Source: Gammaproteobacteria bacterium
GTDB taxonomy: Bacteria > Pseudomonadota > Gammaproteobacteria > Ga0077536
Length of the DNA stretch: 64,000 nt
NCBI GenBank assembly: GCA_038116745.1
Contig: JAYODW010000004.1
Coordinates: 50,408-114,407, forward strand
Direction of reading: 5' to 3'
The notes beneath the pieces are model-generated. The model was not told where the DNA came from. It searched no databases and saw nothing but the letters and a program-made list of their open reading frames with translations. Shown here one piece after another: positions 9,520-20,688 of the stretch. How positions within the stretch are numbered: position 1 is the first letter of the stretch; each line of letters starts with the position of its first letter. The position numbers and the translations under genes were made by a program.

Positions 9520-11124
9520 ATGAGACTTCCATACGCACATACCCTGGCCTGTGCGCTGGGCGCGTTCACTTTAGTGCTGCCGCCTGCCGGTCAGGCCATC
9601 ATCACCATCGGCAGTGACATCGAGCTGGAAGGCTTCGTTCAGGCGCAGAACATCCTGCGCACGCCGAAGTTTGAATCCTCCGAGTTCATCATGCAGCGCA
9701 ACACCGCCCAGCTCGAAGGCAAGTACAACTTTGCGCGTCGTGGTGAGCTGTTCAATCGCTACGACGCGGGGCCACTCGAAGAAGCGACTCTCACCCTCAT
9801 TGGTCGGGGCGTCTACGACAGCATTTACGACGTTCGTTCATCGTATGACGACGCCTATAAAGGCGAGTCAAAGAAAAATATCGGCTACGAGTACAAGCTG
9901 CGGGAAGCCTTCGTCGACCTTCTGCTGCCGCCGTTTTCATTGCGTCTGGGACGTCAGCAGGTGGTGTGGGGTGAGACCGACAATTTCCGCGCGCTCGACG
10001 TCATCAACCCGCTCGATCTCAGCTGGCATTGGGCTCGCGAGTCGTGGGAAGACATCCGTATCCCGCTGTGGATGGCCCGCGGGATCTATGACATCGGCAA
10101 GATCGGACCATTCGAGGAATCTTTTGTGGAAGCGGTCTACATACCGGCCGACTTCAAACGGAACAAGGTGGCTACCGATCCAAGGCGACCCTGGGCATTT
10201 ACCGGCGTGGGGCTGAACGAATCAGCCAACTCGGTGATTATCGATAACCAGCTCTACAACCTGAACGTCATTGCGCGCGATCGCTCTCCGGGGCGCCAGC
10301 TGGAAAACGGCCAGGGTGGCGCGCGCTTTAAGGCCATCTGGGGCAACATCGACTTCAGCCTGAATTATTTTTACGGGTTCTCCGCCGATACCGGCGTGCG
10401 CAATCGCAATGACCTGTCCTGGACCGCAGGCGACACCTATAACGCCGTCATCGACCTGGTTAATCCGCGCTCCCACGTCCTCGGACTGACCGCTAACTAC
10501 TCCGAGGAACGCTACACGCAGGCAGTGTTCCGCCTCGAAACCACGTTCACAACCGGTGTCCCGGTGAAGGTCGCAGCCGACGCTCCAACTTCTGTAGACC
10601 GCAACGGCGATCAGTACGACGAAGCACGCAGGACGGTCGTGATGCTTGCCATTGACCGGCCCACCTGGATCCCGCTGCTGAACAAGACGCGCACCTTCTT
10701 CCTTTCGTCGCAGATCTTCTGGCGACGCTGGATCGACTACAGCAGCTGGTATCGCGGCGTTCCCGGCGTGTGGCAGGCGCGGCTCAACGGTCAGGATGTT
10801 CCCGGCCGCTACATCAGCGAGACGACCGACGAAATTGACCAGAATGAGTTCGTGCTGACCTTCGCCGCGTCGACCGCTTATGGCCCGGCTGGATTGATCA
10901 AGCCGACTTTCGTGTTCGCCATCGACCCACGCTCGACCGGCGCCTACAACCGTTTTCAGCTGGAGTATCTCTACTCCAACCACATCGTGCTGCGCTTACA
11001 GCAGGATCTGTACTGGGAGATCAACGACAACGACCCCGGGCCCTGGGGCCTGGGCGACGTCTGGGGTCACGACACCAGCCAGAGCCGACACGAGACCATC
11101 TTCAGCGTGATCTACCAGTTCTGA
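9520..11124 (+). CDS. DUF1302 family protein (outer-membrane, partner of DUF1329)
   Basis: Signal peptide, 534 aa, Tyr/Trp-rich beta-barrel-like composition. Lies immediately downstream of a DUF1329 gene, the usual pairing. RBS AAAGGA. Confidence 0.7.
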   Translation: MRLPYAHTLACALGAFTLVLPPAGQAIITIGSDIELEGFVQAQNILRTPKFESSEFIMQRNTAQLEGKYNFARRGELFNRYDAGPLEEATLTLIGRGVYDSIYDVRSSYDDAYKGESKKNIGYEYKLREAFVDLLLPPFSLRLGRQQVVWGETDNFRALDVINPLDLSWHWARESWEDIRIPLWMARGIYDIGKIGPFEESFVEAVYIPADFKRNKVATDPRRPWAFTGVGLNESANSVIIDNQLYNLNVIARDRSPGRQLENGQGGARFKAIWGNIDFSLNYFYGFSADTGVRNRNDLSWTAGDTYNAVIDLVNPRSHVLGLTANYSEERYTQAVFRLETTFTTGVPVKVAADAPTSVDRNGDQYDEARRTVVMLAIDRPTWIPLLNKTRTFFLSSQIFWRRWIDYSSWYRGVPGVWQARLNGQDVPGRYISETTDEIDQNEFVLTFAASTAYGPAGLIKPTFVFAIDPRSTGAYNRFQLEYLYSNHIVLRLQQDLYWEINDNDPGPWGLGDVWGHDTSQSRHETIFSVIYQF

Positions 11125-11134
11125 GCTGCTCGCC

Positions 11135-12055
11135 TCACACCTGACCGACCAGCGAAGCCACGAAGTCGAAGGTGCGATCGAACGCGCCTGCATCGGTCGC
11201 CATTATCGCGGCTTTGAAATCCGTGACCCCCGCTGCGGCAATCCGCTGCAGCTCGGCACGCAGCGTTTTTTCATCGCCCACCAGAGCCAGATCGCCAGGA
11301 CCAGCCAGGCCCTCGCGGTCCAGCATCGCGCGGTAGCTCGGCAGCTGGCCATAGATCTCGAGATTTCGAGCGATCTGCTGCCGAGCTTCGTCGGCACGGG
11401 CAGTGAGAACAATCGGGAAACCCGCCAGAATCCGCGGGACGGGCCGCCCTGCGGCGCTGGCCGCCGCATTGAGGCGCGGCGCGATGTGGTTCTCAAGGGT
11501 CACGGGGCCCACCATCCAGGTCGTCGTGCCCCGGGTGTGTGCGCCCGCCAGCGTCAGCATGACGGGCCCCAGCGCCGCCAGGATGACGGGTACGTCCGAC
11601 GCCCCCTTGACGTCGAGCTGCAGCCCATGGACGGTGAAGCGCGGGCTGTCGTAATGCACCACTTCCCCCTGCAGCAAAGGCAGCAGCGCGCCAAGATACT
11701 CGCGCATATATTCGGCCGGCTTTGCGTAAGACATGCCCAGCATGTTCTCGACCACGACGCGATGTGAAACCCCGACCCCAAGCGTAAAGCGTCCGCCGGC
11801 AACCTGCTGCGCGGTCAGAGCCTGCTGGGCCAGCGCCATAGGATGGCGCGGATAAATCGGGGTGACCGCAGGCCCGAGTTCAATCCGCTTGGTACGCGTC
11901 GCTGCTACGGTCAACGCGGAAATCGCATCCAGGGTCCGGATATGCGCCATCCACACGCTGTCGAGGCCGGCTTTTTCCGCGCGCACCGCCATCGAGGCAA
12001 CTCCTTCGACGGTTGCTGCCGCCCGATCCGCGCCCAACATGATTCCGATCCGCAT
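11135..12055 (-). CDS. LLM-class F420/flavin-dependent oxidoreductase (luciferase-like)
   Basis: 306 aa. Luciferase-like monooxygenase pattern (MRIGIMLGA...LDSVWMAHI...). Confidence 0.7.
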   Translation of the reverse strand: MRIGIMLGADRAAATVEGVASMAVRAEKAGLDSVWMAHIRTLDAISALTVAATRTKRIELGPAVTPIYPRHPMALAQQALTAQQVAGGRFTLGVGVSHRVVVENMLGMSYAKPAEYMREYLGALLPLLQGEVVHYDSPRFTVHGLQLDVKGASDVPVILAALGPVMLTLAGAHTRGTTTWMVGPVTLENHIAPRLNAAASAAGRPVPRILAGFPIVLTARADEARQQIARNLEIYGQLPSYRAMLDREGLAGPGDLALVGDEKTLRAELQRIAAAGVTDFKAAIMATDAGAFDRTFDFVASLVGQV

Positions 12056-12085
12056 GCTCTCGCTCCTGTCTGATTGCGCCCGCTG

Positions 12086-12307
12086 TCAGCTGCCGCGCGT
12101 CACCACAAACTCATCTTCGCCCGCGGAATCAAGCTGGAAATCAATCAGGCTTGCGAGATCTTTCCGCGTCCGCGTCTTGAGCATTGCCGTGAGCAAAGTG
12201 TGCAGTAAAGCGTCGCCCATGGTCGGTACGCTCATCGCCTGATCCTCTTCAGCCTGCTGCATGGCCTCCGCGATACAGCGTCTGGCTACGTCAAATTCAC
12301 CTGCCAT
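12086..12307 (-). CDS. small hypothetical protein (73 aa)
   Basis: Non-Arg-rich composition. Sits between two same-strand genes. No recognisable family. Confidence 0.3.
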   Translation of the reverse strand: MAGEFDVARRCIAEAMQQAEEDQAMSVPTMGDALLHTLLTAMLKTRTRKDLASLIDFQLDSAGEDEFVVTRGS

Positions 12308-12393
12308 CCTGTCCTCCCCAGTCTTTCATCGATCACGACCTGCCGCCGCCCGCAGCAACGCTAGTCTGTGCAGCGGTCAGCAAAGTTGCGCGC

Positions 12394-13185
12394 TCACCGT
12401 CCGGTGAAACGTGGCTCCCGGCGATCCGCCGTCGCGGCGATGCCTTCCTTCCAGTCTTCCGTACCGCGCAGCCAGTTCTGCTCTGCCAGCTCATGATCGG
12501 TCTGCATAGCAATACGATCAGCCATTCCCAGACGCAGGGTCGTGCGGGTCGACATCACCGCCAGCGGTGCGCAGCCAGCAATTTCAGCCGCCAGCTCGGT
12601 CGCCGCCTGACGCACTTCTTCCAGCGGAACGCAGACGTCGGCCAGGCCCCATTCCACCGCCTGCTCGCCGTTCAGGCGTCGGCTGGTAAGACACAGCAGG
12701 GCCGCCTTCTGCCGGCCGAGCAGCTCCGGCAGGGTCACGGTCAGACCGAACCCCGGGTGGAACCCGAGACGAGTGAAATTGGCGCTGAAGCGACCTTCAG
12801 GGCAGGTCACCCGGAAGTCAGCTGAGACCGCAAGCCCGAGGCCGCCGCCGATCGCCGCCCCCTGTACTGCCGCCACCACCGGCTTGCGGCAACGGAAAAT
12901 GCGCACGGCCTGGCGATAGAGTTCATTGGACAGCGCGCCGGCAGAGCTGTCCTTGGCGTTGCCCGCATCGCTGGCGCCGAAATTCGCGCCGGCGCAGAAA
13001 TTCTTGCCCTGCGCGCAAAGCACGATAGCTCTGCAGTCGGCCTCGTCGTCCAGCTGCTCGTACACTTCAGCGATCTGTCCGATGAGATCGATGTCAAAAA
13101 AATTGTGCGGGGGGCGCTGGATCTCAACCGTGGCGACGTGGGCGTTCAGACTCACGCCGAGATCCTGGGTATCTAGTGTGCTCAC
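12394..13185 (-). CDS. enoyl-CoA hydratase/isomerase family protein
   Basis: Crotonase fold (CAGANFG oxyanion region, AAVQGAAIGGGLGLA). Confidence 0.8.
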   Translation of the reverse strand: MSTLDTQDLGVSLNAHVATVEIQRPPHNFFDIDLIGQIAEVYEQLDDEADCRAIVLCAQGKNFCAGANFGASDAGNAKDSSAGALSNELYRQAVRIFRCRKPVVAAVQGAAIGGGLGLAVSADFRVTCPEGRFSANFTRLGFHPGFGLTVTLPELLGRQKAALLCLTSRRLNGEQAVEWGLADVCVPLEEVRQAATELAAEIAGCAPLAVMSTRTTLRLGMADRIAMQTDHELAEQNWLRGTEDWKEGIAATADRREPRFTGR

Positions 13186-13366
13186 AGATCGGTTTCCTCA
13201 TGCGTTCATGAAATTCGCGAGCGTCTGCCGGTGCCGGGCGCGATCCGCTCGCTGCGCGATTGTCGGTCAAGCGCCCGCCGGACGCCACGTGCGCCGACCT
13301 GCTGCGGCAGCGTAGCGGCTGCGATCATCGATAATGGCGATGCCTGCTCACAGAAGGACCGCACTC

Positions 13367-14146
13367 ATGTACGACACCCTGGACTTTACGCTCGACCACG
13401 GCGTCGCCACCATTCGACTCAACCGACCGGACCGGCTGAACGCGATCAACCGTCTGATGATCGCGGACCTGACCGGCCTCTGCCAACGGCTCGACGATGA
13501 ATCCGGGCTGCGTGCGGTTGTGCTGACCGGTAATGGCCGCGCCTTCTGCGCCGGCGCCGACATCACCGTCCTTGATACCATCGAAAGCGCGGCTGACGCG
13601 CTCGATTTCATCGCCGCGATTCAGCGCATGACCAACGCCATCGAGGCGCTGAAGGTACCCGTGATCGCCGCTATCAACGGGGTGGCCTATGGTGGCGGCT
13701 GCGAGATTGCGCTGGCCTGCGACCTGCGCTTGATGACGCCGGAATCCTCGATCGGTGTGCCGGAAATCAAAATCGGCCTGCTCCCAGGAGCGGGCGGCAC
13801 TCAGCGCCTGGCCCGCATGCTGCCGCCGGCAATCGCGAAAGAGCTCATCTACCTGGGCGACCCGATCAGCGCCGAGGTCGCCGCTGCACATGGCCTGATC
13901 AACCGGGTGATCGCTGAAACAGAGCTGCTCGCTGAAGCGGCCGGTATGGCCGATCGACTGGCGGCGCTCCCGCCGCTCGGACTGCGCGCGGCTAAACAGC
14001 TCGCCAACGGCGCCGCGCTGTACGGCCTGCAGGACGGGATCGCCGCCGAGCGGCAGGCCGTCGCTGGCCTGTTCGTGACCGAGGACGGCCATGAGGGACT
14101 GCGCGCCTTCCTCGAAAAACGCGCGCCCCGCTTCACGGGACGCTGA
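13367..14146 (+). CDS. enoyl-CoA hydratase/isomerase family protein
   Basis: Crotonase motifs (FCAGADI, AAINGVAYGGGCEIA). Start ATG 13367 has a GAAGGA RBS 8 nt upstream. The track ORF starts 11 codons earlier. Confidence 0.8.
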   Translation: MYDTLDFTLDHGVATIRLNRPDRLNAINRLMIADLTGLCQRLDDESGLRAVVLTGNGRAFCAGADITVLDTIESAADALDFIAAIQRMTNAIEALKVPVIAAINGVAYGGGCEIALACDLRLMTPESSIGVPEIKIGLLPGAGGTQRLARMLPPAIAKELIYLGDPISAEVAAAHGLINRVIAETELLAEAAGMADRLAALPPLGLRAAKQLANGAALYGLQDGIAAERQAVAGLFVTEDGHEGLRAFLEKRAPRFTGR

Positions 14147-14199
14147 CGAAGAGGTGACGCCGGCTGCCGACCCCTGATTCAGACAGAGACAACAGCACC

Positions 14200-15354
14200 A
14201 TGAATTTTGCTTTCGACGATACCGAACAGGAATTCCAGCAGGCCACGCGACGCTTTGCGCTGGAGCGCCTGCTGCCTATGTATGCCGAATGGGAACAGGG
14301 ACGTAAACCCACGCGCGCGTGGACACACGAACTGGCCGAGCTCGGATTGACCGGCCTGCGCATACCGGAAGCCTATGGTGGACTCGGCGCGAGCTACGTC
14401 ATGGCCGGGATTGCCGCAGAGGAGATCGCACGCGGCGACCAGAATATGACCTTTTATATACAGCTCGGCGCCATCGCGGCCGAACTGATCGGCGGCCATG
14501 CGAGCGAAGCCCTGAAGTCGAGCATGCTGCCGCGCATCGCCAGAGGTGATGCGGTGGTCGGCTTTGCACTGACCGAACCCGGCGCTGGCTCAGACGCCGC
14601 GGCCATTGGCACCCGGGCAGTCCGCGATGGCGAGCATTGGGTCATTTCGGGTGAGAAAGCATCGAGTACCTTCGCTGGTTTCGCCGACTACACCATCGCT
14701 TTCGTGCGTATGGGGAAAGCCGGCGGCAGTGCTGACCTCGGCGCCGTCCTGGTCCCGATGGACGCTCCGGGTGTGACGGTGAAGGTCTACGACGCCATGG
14801 GCGGTAAATTTGCGCAGCGCGGCTCCATCTTCCTCGACGAAGTGCGCGTGCCGCTCGATCACCAGCTGGGCGAGAGCGGTAAAGGATTTGTCCAGGCCAT
14901 GCAGGCCTTCGACTTCAACCGTGCGCTGATCGCACTCAGCTGCATCGGCGCGGCCCAGCAGTCTCTCGATGAAACGGTCGAATTCGCCCGCCAGCGTCAT
15001 ACCTTCGGCAAACCGCTGGCCACGCGTCAGGGCTACGCCTTCCAGGTCGCCGAGCACAGCACCCAGCTCGAGTGCGCGCGTCTGCTCTCCTACCAGACGC
15101 TGTGGCGCGCCGACCGCGGCATGAACCACACGCACGCGGGCGCTATGGCCAAATGGCTCGGGCCGAAGGCCGCAGCCGAAGCAATCCACGCCTGTATCGT
15201 CCTGAACGGCTGGATGGGTTACGACAACAGCCTGCCCCATGCCCAACGCCTGCGTGATGCCATGGGGCTGGAGATCGGAGACGGTACACCTGAGATCATG
15301 AAATCCGTTGTCGCGCGGGAGATCTTCGGGCGCGAATTCGTCTCGCATCGATGA
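14200..15354 (+). CDS. acyl-CoA dehydrogenase
   Basis: ACAD motifs (ALTEPGAGSDAAAIGTRA, GEKASST). 384 aa. Confidence 0.85.
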   Translation: MNFAFDDTEQEFQQATRRFALERLLPMYAEWEQGRKPTRAWTHELAELGLTGLRIPEAYGGLGASYVMAGIAAEEIARGDQNMTFYIQLGAIAAELIGGHASEALKSSMLPRIARGDAVVGFALTEPGAGSDAAAIGTRAVRDGEHWVISGEKASSTFAGFADYTIAFVRMGKAGGSADLGAVLVPMDAPGVTVKVYDAMGGKFAQRGSIFLDEVRVPLDHQLGESGKGFVQAMQAFDFNRALIALSCIGAAQQSLDETVEFARQRHTFGKPLATRQGYAFQVAEHSTQLECARLLSYQTLWRADRGMNHTHAGAMAKWLGPKAAAEAIHACIVLNGWMGYDNSLPHAQRLRDAMGLEIGDGTPEIMKSVVAREIFGREFVSHR

Positions 15355-15502
15355 TCGTCCCGATGGCTTCACATGGCCCGAAAGCGTCGTTTTTCGGCCT
15401 CCTTAGCGCGTTTCGCGAGCGCGCCTGCCTTTCTCCAGGCAGGCGCTTTCGATAAGCTTGCCGCCCCCTCGCATCTCACGTGTACATGACAGGTAATTCA
15501 GC

Positions 15503-17707
15503 ATGACTCCGGGCACTCACACGCAACCAACCTCCCACGTCTGCATTCCCGAAAGCGACATGGAAGTGTCGACCCCGCTCTACCGTTTCATCGTGGACGA
15601 GGTGCTGCCCGACCTGGGTATGGAAGCGCGCACTTTCTGGACGCTTCTGGAAGAAGTCATCACCGAGATGGCGCCGAAAAACAACCTGCTGCTGCTCAGG
15701 CGCTATCAGATCCAGGCTGAGATCAATACCTGGCATCAGTCCCGCAGCGACCAGCCGCACGACCCCGCGCAGTACCGGAAATTCCTGGAAAAGATCGGCT
15801 ACCTGCTGCCCGAAGGGCCTGATTTCCGCATCTCAACAAAAAACGTGGACGAAGAAATCGCGCTCATTGCCGGGCCGCAGCTCGTGGTGCCGGTGAAAAA
15901 TGCACGCTATTCGCTGAACGCAACCAATGCGCGCTGGGGCTCCCTGTATGACGCCCTGTACGGCACGGACTCTATCGATCAGGACGACGGCGCGGAAATC
16001 GGCCAGGGCTACAACCCGGTACGCGGTGCCCGCGTCATTGCCCGTGGACGTGAGTTCCTGGATGAAATCGTCCCCCTGGCCAGCGGCTCACACGCGGCAG
16101 CGACAGATTACGCTGTCGACGGCGGACAGCTGCGGGTCACCCTGAGCGACGGCACGGTGAGCGGTCTTGCTGAGCCGGGAAAATTTGCCGGCTACAACGG
16201 CCGCAGCGATGCGCCAGCGGAGATCCTGCTCAAGAATCACAATCTGCACGTCATCATCCAGATAGACCCGAGTCACCCGGTCGGGCGTGACGATCTGGCT
16301 AACGTCAAAGACCTCATGGTGGAGTCCGCCATCACCACCATCCAGGATTGCGAGGACTCCGTGGCCGCCGTGGACGGCGAAGACAAGACAGAGGTTTACC
16401 GTAACTGGCTGGGCCTCATGCGCGGCACGCTCAAGGAAACTTTCCAGAAAGGCGCCAGCACGCTCACGCGCACCCTGAATCCCGATCTGCATTTCCTTGA
16501 CCCGCGAGGCACGCCCATCACCCTGCATGGACGTTCCCTGCTGCTGGTGCGAAACGTCGGTCACCTCATGACCAACGAGGCCGTACTGCTCAAAGGTCAG
16601 GAGGTGCCGGAAGGGATCCTCGATGCAGTCATCACCGCTACGATTGCGCTGTACGACATCAAAGGACTCAACCAGCTGCGTAACTCGCGCACCGGCTCGA
16701 TGTACATCGTCAAACCCAAGATGCACGGGCCAGAGGAAGTCGCGTTCGCGTGCGAGCTCTTCGGCAAAGTGGAGGACGTCCTCAAGCTGCCGCGACATAC
16801 GCTCAAGATCGGGATCATGGACGAAGAACGCCGCACGACCATCAACCTCAAGGAATGCATCCGCGCCGCCAAGGACAGACTGATTTTCATTAATACCGGC
16901 TTCCTCGATCGCACCGGCGACGAGATCCACACCTCGATGGAAGCCGGGGTCATGGTGCCCAAAGAGTCCATGAAAAACGAAAACTGGATCACGGCATATG
17001 AGAACTGGAACGTCGATATCGGCCTGGCTTGCGGCCTTCAGGGCGTCGCCCAGATCGGCAAGGGCATGTGGCCTAAACCCGATCTGATGCATGAGATGCT
17101 GGATAAGAAAAAAGCGCACCTCGAGGCCGGCGCCAACACGGCCTGGGTACCCTCGCCCACCGCGGCCACGCTGCATGCGTTGCACTACCATTCGATCCTG
17201 GTCAGCGAAAAACAGGACGCGCTCAAGCATCGACGGCGCGCCGATCTGAACGACATACTGACCATCCCGCTGCTCGGCGAAGAAAACCTCAGCGGGGCCC
17301 AGATCCAGCAGGAGCTGGACAACAACTGTCAGGGGATCCTGGGCTACGTGGTGCGCTGGGTGGAACTCGGGATCGGCTGCTCCAAAGTACCGGACATCAA
17401 CGATGTCGGCCTGATGGAGGACCGCGCGACGCTGCGTATCTCCAGTCAGCACATCGCCAACTGGCTGCGCCACGACTTCGTCAAGCGCACCCACGTTCTC
17501 GAAACCCTGAAGCGTATGGCCGAGGTCGTCGACCGACAGAATGCGGGCGACCCCGCTTACAAACCGATGGCCCCGAATTTCGACGAATCGGTCGCATTCC
17601 AGGCCGCCTGCGAACTGGTCTTCGGCGGCGTGCATCACCCCAACGGCTACACCGAGCCAGTACTGCACAGACGCCGCATTGAACTCAAGGCGCAGGGGCT
17701 GCACTGA
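15503..17707 (+). CDS. glcB: malate synthase G
   Basis: 734 aa with full-length similarity to malate synthase G ([11 protein letters not shown]...RTLNPDLHF...[15 protein letters not shown]...). An alternative start at ATG 15560 is possible. Confidence 0.9.
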   Translation: MTPGTHTQPTSHVCIPESDMEVSTPLYRFIVDEVLPDLGMEARTFWTLLEEVITEMAPKNNLLLLRRYQIQAEINTWHQSRSDQPHDPAQYRKFLEKIGYLLPEGPDFRISTKNVDEEIALIAGPQLVVPVKNARYSLNATNARWGSLYDALYGTDSIDQDDGAEIGQGYNPVRGARVIARGREFLDEIVPLASGSHAAATDYAVDGGQLRVTLSDGTVSGLAEPGKFAGYNGRSDAPAEILLKNHNLHVIIQIDPSHPVGRDDLANVKDLMVESAITTIQDCEDSVAAVDGEDKTEVYRNWLGLMRGTLKETFQKGASTLTRTLNPDLHFLDPRGTPITLHGRSLLLVRNVGHLMTNEAVLLKGQEVPEGILDAVITATIALYDIKGLNQLRNSRTGSMYIVKPKMHGPEEVAFACELFGKVEDVLKLPRHTLKIGIMDEERRTTINLKECIRAAKDRLIFINTGFLDRTGDEIHTSMEAGVMVPKESMKNENWITAYENWNVDIGLACGLQGVAQIGKGMWPKPDLMHEMLDKKKAHLEAGANTAWVPSPTAATLHALHYHSILVSEKQDALKHRRRADLNDILTIPLLGEENLSGAQIQQELDNNCQGILGYVVRWVELGIGCSKVPDINDVGLMEDRATLRISSQHIANWLRHDFVKRTHVLETLKRMAEVVDRQNAGDPAYKPMAPNFDESVAFQAACELVFGGVHHPNGYTEPVLHRRRIELKAQGLH

Positions 17708-17766
17708 TCGACGCGCGGCAGACCGGCTATGCTGCGGCTGACTGTCTCTGAGACCTGGAGCTGCAC

Positions 17767-18738
17767 ATGATCCGGACCTGGCTCTGGAACCCCGGCACGA
17801 GCACCATCCTGCGTGGTGGCCCCGAGCTGGTGACGCGATGGCTGACCGACACGCAGACGACCATCTGGGTGGATATCGCCAAGCACGATCCCGAGGCTGA
17901 GCGTGCGCTGTTGCGCAGCAGTTTCGGTCTGCACGCGCTGGCGGTGGACGACGCCTTACGCGACCGTCATCCGCCCAAGATCGAGTGCTTCAGCAACGCA
18001 ACGTTTGTTCTGCTGCGCGGGCTCTTCGCTCAGGTCGAAGGTGTCGATTTCAACGTCATTCAGCTCGCGCTGTTCGTCGGTGAACGCTTCCTCGTTACCC
18101 GGCACAACCGGAACTCGACCAGCATTGACTGGCTCGAGCGGAAACTCGAAGAGGACCCCAGCGCGCTGGGCGGACCCGCCGCCCTGCTCGCGGCGCGGGT
18201 CATGAACCGCATGGTGCAGCGTTATCTCGAGATCCTGCTCGGACTGGAACCCCGTCTGGAAGAGCTCGAAGCGCTGGTCTTCCAGAAACCAGACGACACC
18301 CTGCTGTACGAACTCACGCACTACAAATCGCGCCTGCGGGAGATCCGGCGCATCGCGAGCTATCACCTGCAGATTGCCACCGAGCTGCGCGAAGGACGGG
18401 TGCCGTTTTTCAATGCCGATCTGACCCACGAGCTGAACGATTTCTACGAGCAGCTGGAGCGCACCGCAAGCCTCGCCGGGTTGTACTACGAAACCGCGAG
18501 CGACCTGATCGAGGGCTATCTCGCGCTCGCCTCTCACCGACTGAACCGCGTAATGCAGATCCTGACCATTTTCACCGTGGTATTCGTGCCGATCACCTTT
18601 ATTGCGGGGATCTACGGCATGAACTTCGTCAACATGCCGGAGCTTCACAGTACGGCCGGTTACTACGTCGTGCTGGGCGTGATGTTTGTACTGGTGGCGC
18701 TGCAACTCTTTTATTTCCGCCGGCGCGGCTGGCTCTGA
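17767..18738 (+). CDS. corA: CorA family Mg2+/Co2+ transporter
   Basis: YGMNF motif and two C-terminal TM helices. 323 aa. Confidence 0.85.
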   Translation: MIRTWLWNPGTSTILRGGPELVTRWLTDTQTTIWVDIAKHDPEAERALLRSSFGLHALAVDDALRDRHPPKIECFSNATFVLLRGLFAQVEGVDFNVIQLALFVGERFLVTRHNRNSTSIDWLERKLEEDPSALGGPAALLAARVMNRMVQRYLEILLGLEPRLEELEALVFQKPDDTLLYELTHYKSRLREIRRIASYHLQIATELREGRVPFFNADLTHELNDFYEQLERTASLAGLYYETASDLIEGYLALASHRLNRVMQILTIFTVVFVPITFIAGIYGMNFVNMPELHSTAGYYVVLGVMFVLVALQLFYFRRRGWL

Positions 18739-18778
18739 ACGGGCACTTCATGGGCGGGACTTCGCCTCAGGAAACACG

Positions 18779-20134
18779 ATGATGGAACGCTGGTTCGGCA
18801 TCTCCCTGGCTGACGTCGCCGTTCAGCTGCGACGCTGGCTTGGTGAAGAGGTCCTGAGCGCGGATACATTGTTCCAGATCGGCATCATCGGCTTCGCTGC
18901 ACTCTCAGCCTGGGTGATCGCACCGCGCCTGCGCAGGCTGACCCAGCGCCACGCTGACGCCGAGTCAGGTCATCACTCCGCGAAGCTGGTGTGGGAGCGC
19001 GTCGGGCTGGTCATGCTCCCGCTGTGCTGGCTGGCGCTGCAGTGGCTGGCGATTGCACTCGCCGATACCGTCGGCTGGCGTCACGGTCTGCTTATCGTGA
19101 CGGCTTCATTACTCAGCGCCTGGGTCGCAATCCGGATCGCCTCCACGCTGGTGCGGGATCCCGCTACGGCTCATGCGATCGCGTCACTGGCCTGGATCCT
19201 GGCGGCTTTGAATATTCTGGGGCTACTCGGCCAGACCGCGGCGCTGCTGGACCGCCTGGCTATTCATCTCGGCAGCAGTCGAGTGTCTGCGCTGGCGGTC
19301 ATCAAAGGGCTGATCGCGCTTGCCGTGCTGCTGTGGCTGGCGAGCCTTCTGGCGAACGTTTTCGACCAGCGCATCCGCCGACAGACAAACCTGACTCCGT
19401 CGGCGCAGGTCCTGTTCAGCAAGCTGCTCAAGATCACGCTGATCGCGATCGCGGTGGTCGCGGCCATCAGCTCAGTGGGGATCGATCTCACTGCGTTCGC
19501 CGTCTTAGGTGGCGCCATTGGCGTCGGCATCGGCTTCGGCCTGCAGAAAATCGTCTCCAACCTGGTCTCAGGCGTCATCCTGCTGCTGGACAAATCCATC
19601 AAGCCGGGAGACGTCATCGCCGTCGCCAATTACTACGGTCGCGTCGATTCGCTCGGAGCGCGCTATGTCTCGGTCACCACCCGTGACGGTATCGAGCATC
19701 TCATTCCGAATGAAGAGCTGATCATCAACCGGGTCGAAAACTGGTCGCACTCGAACAATCTTTATCGCATACGCATCCCGGTCGGGGTGCACTATAACTG
19801 TGACGTGCCGACAGCGATGCGTCTGTGCAGCGAGGCCGCAGCAGAAACCCCGCGTGTCCTGCGCGAGCCGAAACCCAACTGCCTGCTGCGCGGCTTTGGT
19901 GACAGCGCCGTCGACCTTGAGGTCCGCTACTGGATCGACGACCCCATGAACGGCCGCGCCAACGTCAGCAGCGAGGTCTATCTGCGTATCTGGCAGAAAT
20001 TTCACGAACACGGTATCGAGATCCCGTATCCACAGCGGGACCTTCATCTGCGCACCCCGGACCTGTCGACAGCGGCGCTCGCCGGACTGGCCGGCATGCC
20101 GGCCAGCGGTCGCTCCGATCACAGCGAGCCTTAG
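18779..20134 (+). CDS. mechanosensitive ion channel family protein (MscS-like, multi-TM N-terminal extension)
   Basis: MscS core (GGAIGVGIGFGLQKIVSNLVSGVILLLDKSIKPGDVI). Start ATG 18779 (MMERWFG) has an AGGAAA RBS. The track ORF start overlaps the end of corA. Confidence 0.8.
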   Translation: MMERWFGISLADVAVQLRRWLGEEVLSADTLFQIGIIGFAALSAWVIAPRLRRLTQRHADAESGHHSAKLVWERVGLVMLPLCWLALQWLAIALADTVGWRHGLLIVTASLLSAWVAIRIASTLVRDPATAHAIASLAWILAALNILGLLGQTAALLDRLAIHLGSSRVSALAVIKGLIALAVLLWLASLLANVFDQRIRRQTNLTPSAQVLFSKLLKITLIAIAVVAAISSVGIDLTAFAVLGGAIGVGIGFGLQKIVSNLVSGVILLLDKSIKPGDVIAVANYYGRVDSLGARYVSVTTRDGIEHLIPNEELIINRVENWSHSNNLYRIRIPVGVHYNCDVPTAMRLCSEAAAETPRVLREPKPNCLLRGFGDSAVDLEVRYWIDDPMNGRANVSSEVYLRIWQKFHEHGIEIPYPQRDLHLRTPDLSTAALAGLAGMPASGRSDHSEP

Positions 20135-20670
20135 TCGATCCGCTCACCGCGGGTGCAGAGCTCAGACGCCACGAGGTGCAGGGCGCAGATAGTTTTGGCG
20201 TCCGCGATCTGTCCGTCCCTGACCATGGCAAGGACGGTGCTGAGCGGCAAGCGCACTACCTCGATGTACTCGTCTGCTTCCGGAGCACCCGGCGCCGGAG
20301 CGAGGTCCTCCGCCAGAAAGAGCCAGATCCGCTCATCGGTGAAGCCCGGCGTGGTGAGAATACTGCCCAGCAGGGTGAGGCGGCCCTCCAGCTGTACCTC
20401 TTCGGCCAGCTCGCGCGCGGCGCAGAGCGCCGGGTTTTCATTGCCGTCACGCACGCCCGCAGGCACCTCGTAAATCATGCCGCCAGCGGCGTGCCGATGC
20501 TGATGGATCAGCGTGACCGTGCCGTCATCATGCAGCGGCACAATTGCCGCCGCGCCGGGGTGGCGGATCACCTCCAGATCCAGCTGCTGACCGCTCGGCA
20601 GCAGAGCAGTCTCTAGACCCAGTTTTACCACCCGCCCGTCATAGATCATCCGTCGCTCGTTAACACTCAT
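20131..20670 (-). CDS. NUDIX hydrolase (ADP-ribose pyrophosphatase-like)
   Basis: Nudix box (CAARELAEEVQLEG). 179 aa. Confidence 0.8.
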   Translation of the reverse strand: MSVNERRMIYDGRVVKLGLETALLPSGQQLDLEVIRHPGAAAIVPLHDDGTVTLIHQHRHAAGGMIYEVPAGVRDGNENPALCAARELAEEVQLEGRLTLLGSILTTPGFTDERIWLFLAEDLAPAPGAPEADEYIEVVRLPLSTVLAMVRDGQIADAKTICALHLVASELCTRGERID

Positions 20671-20688
20671 ACGCCTTGCTCTGACCCC

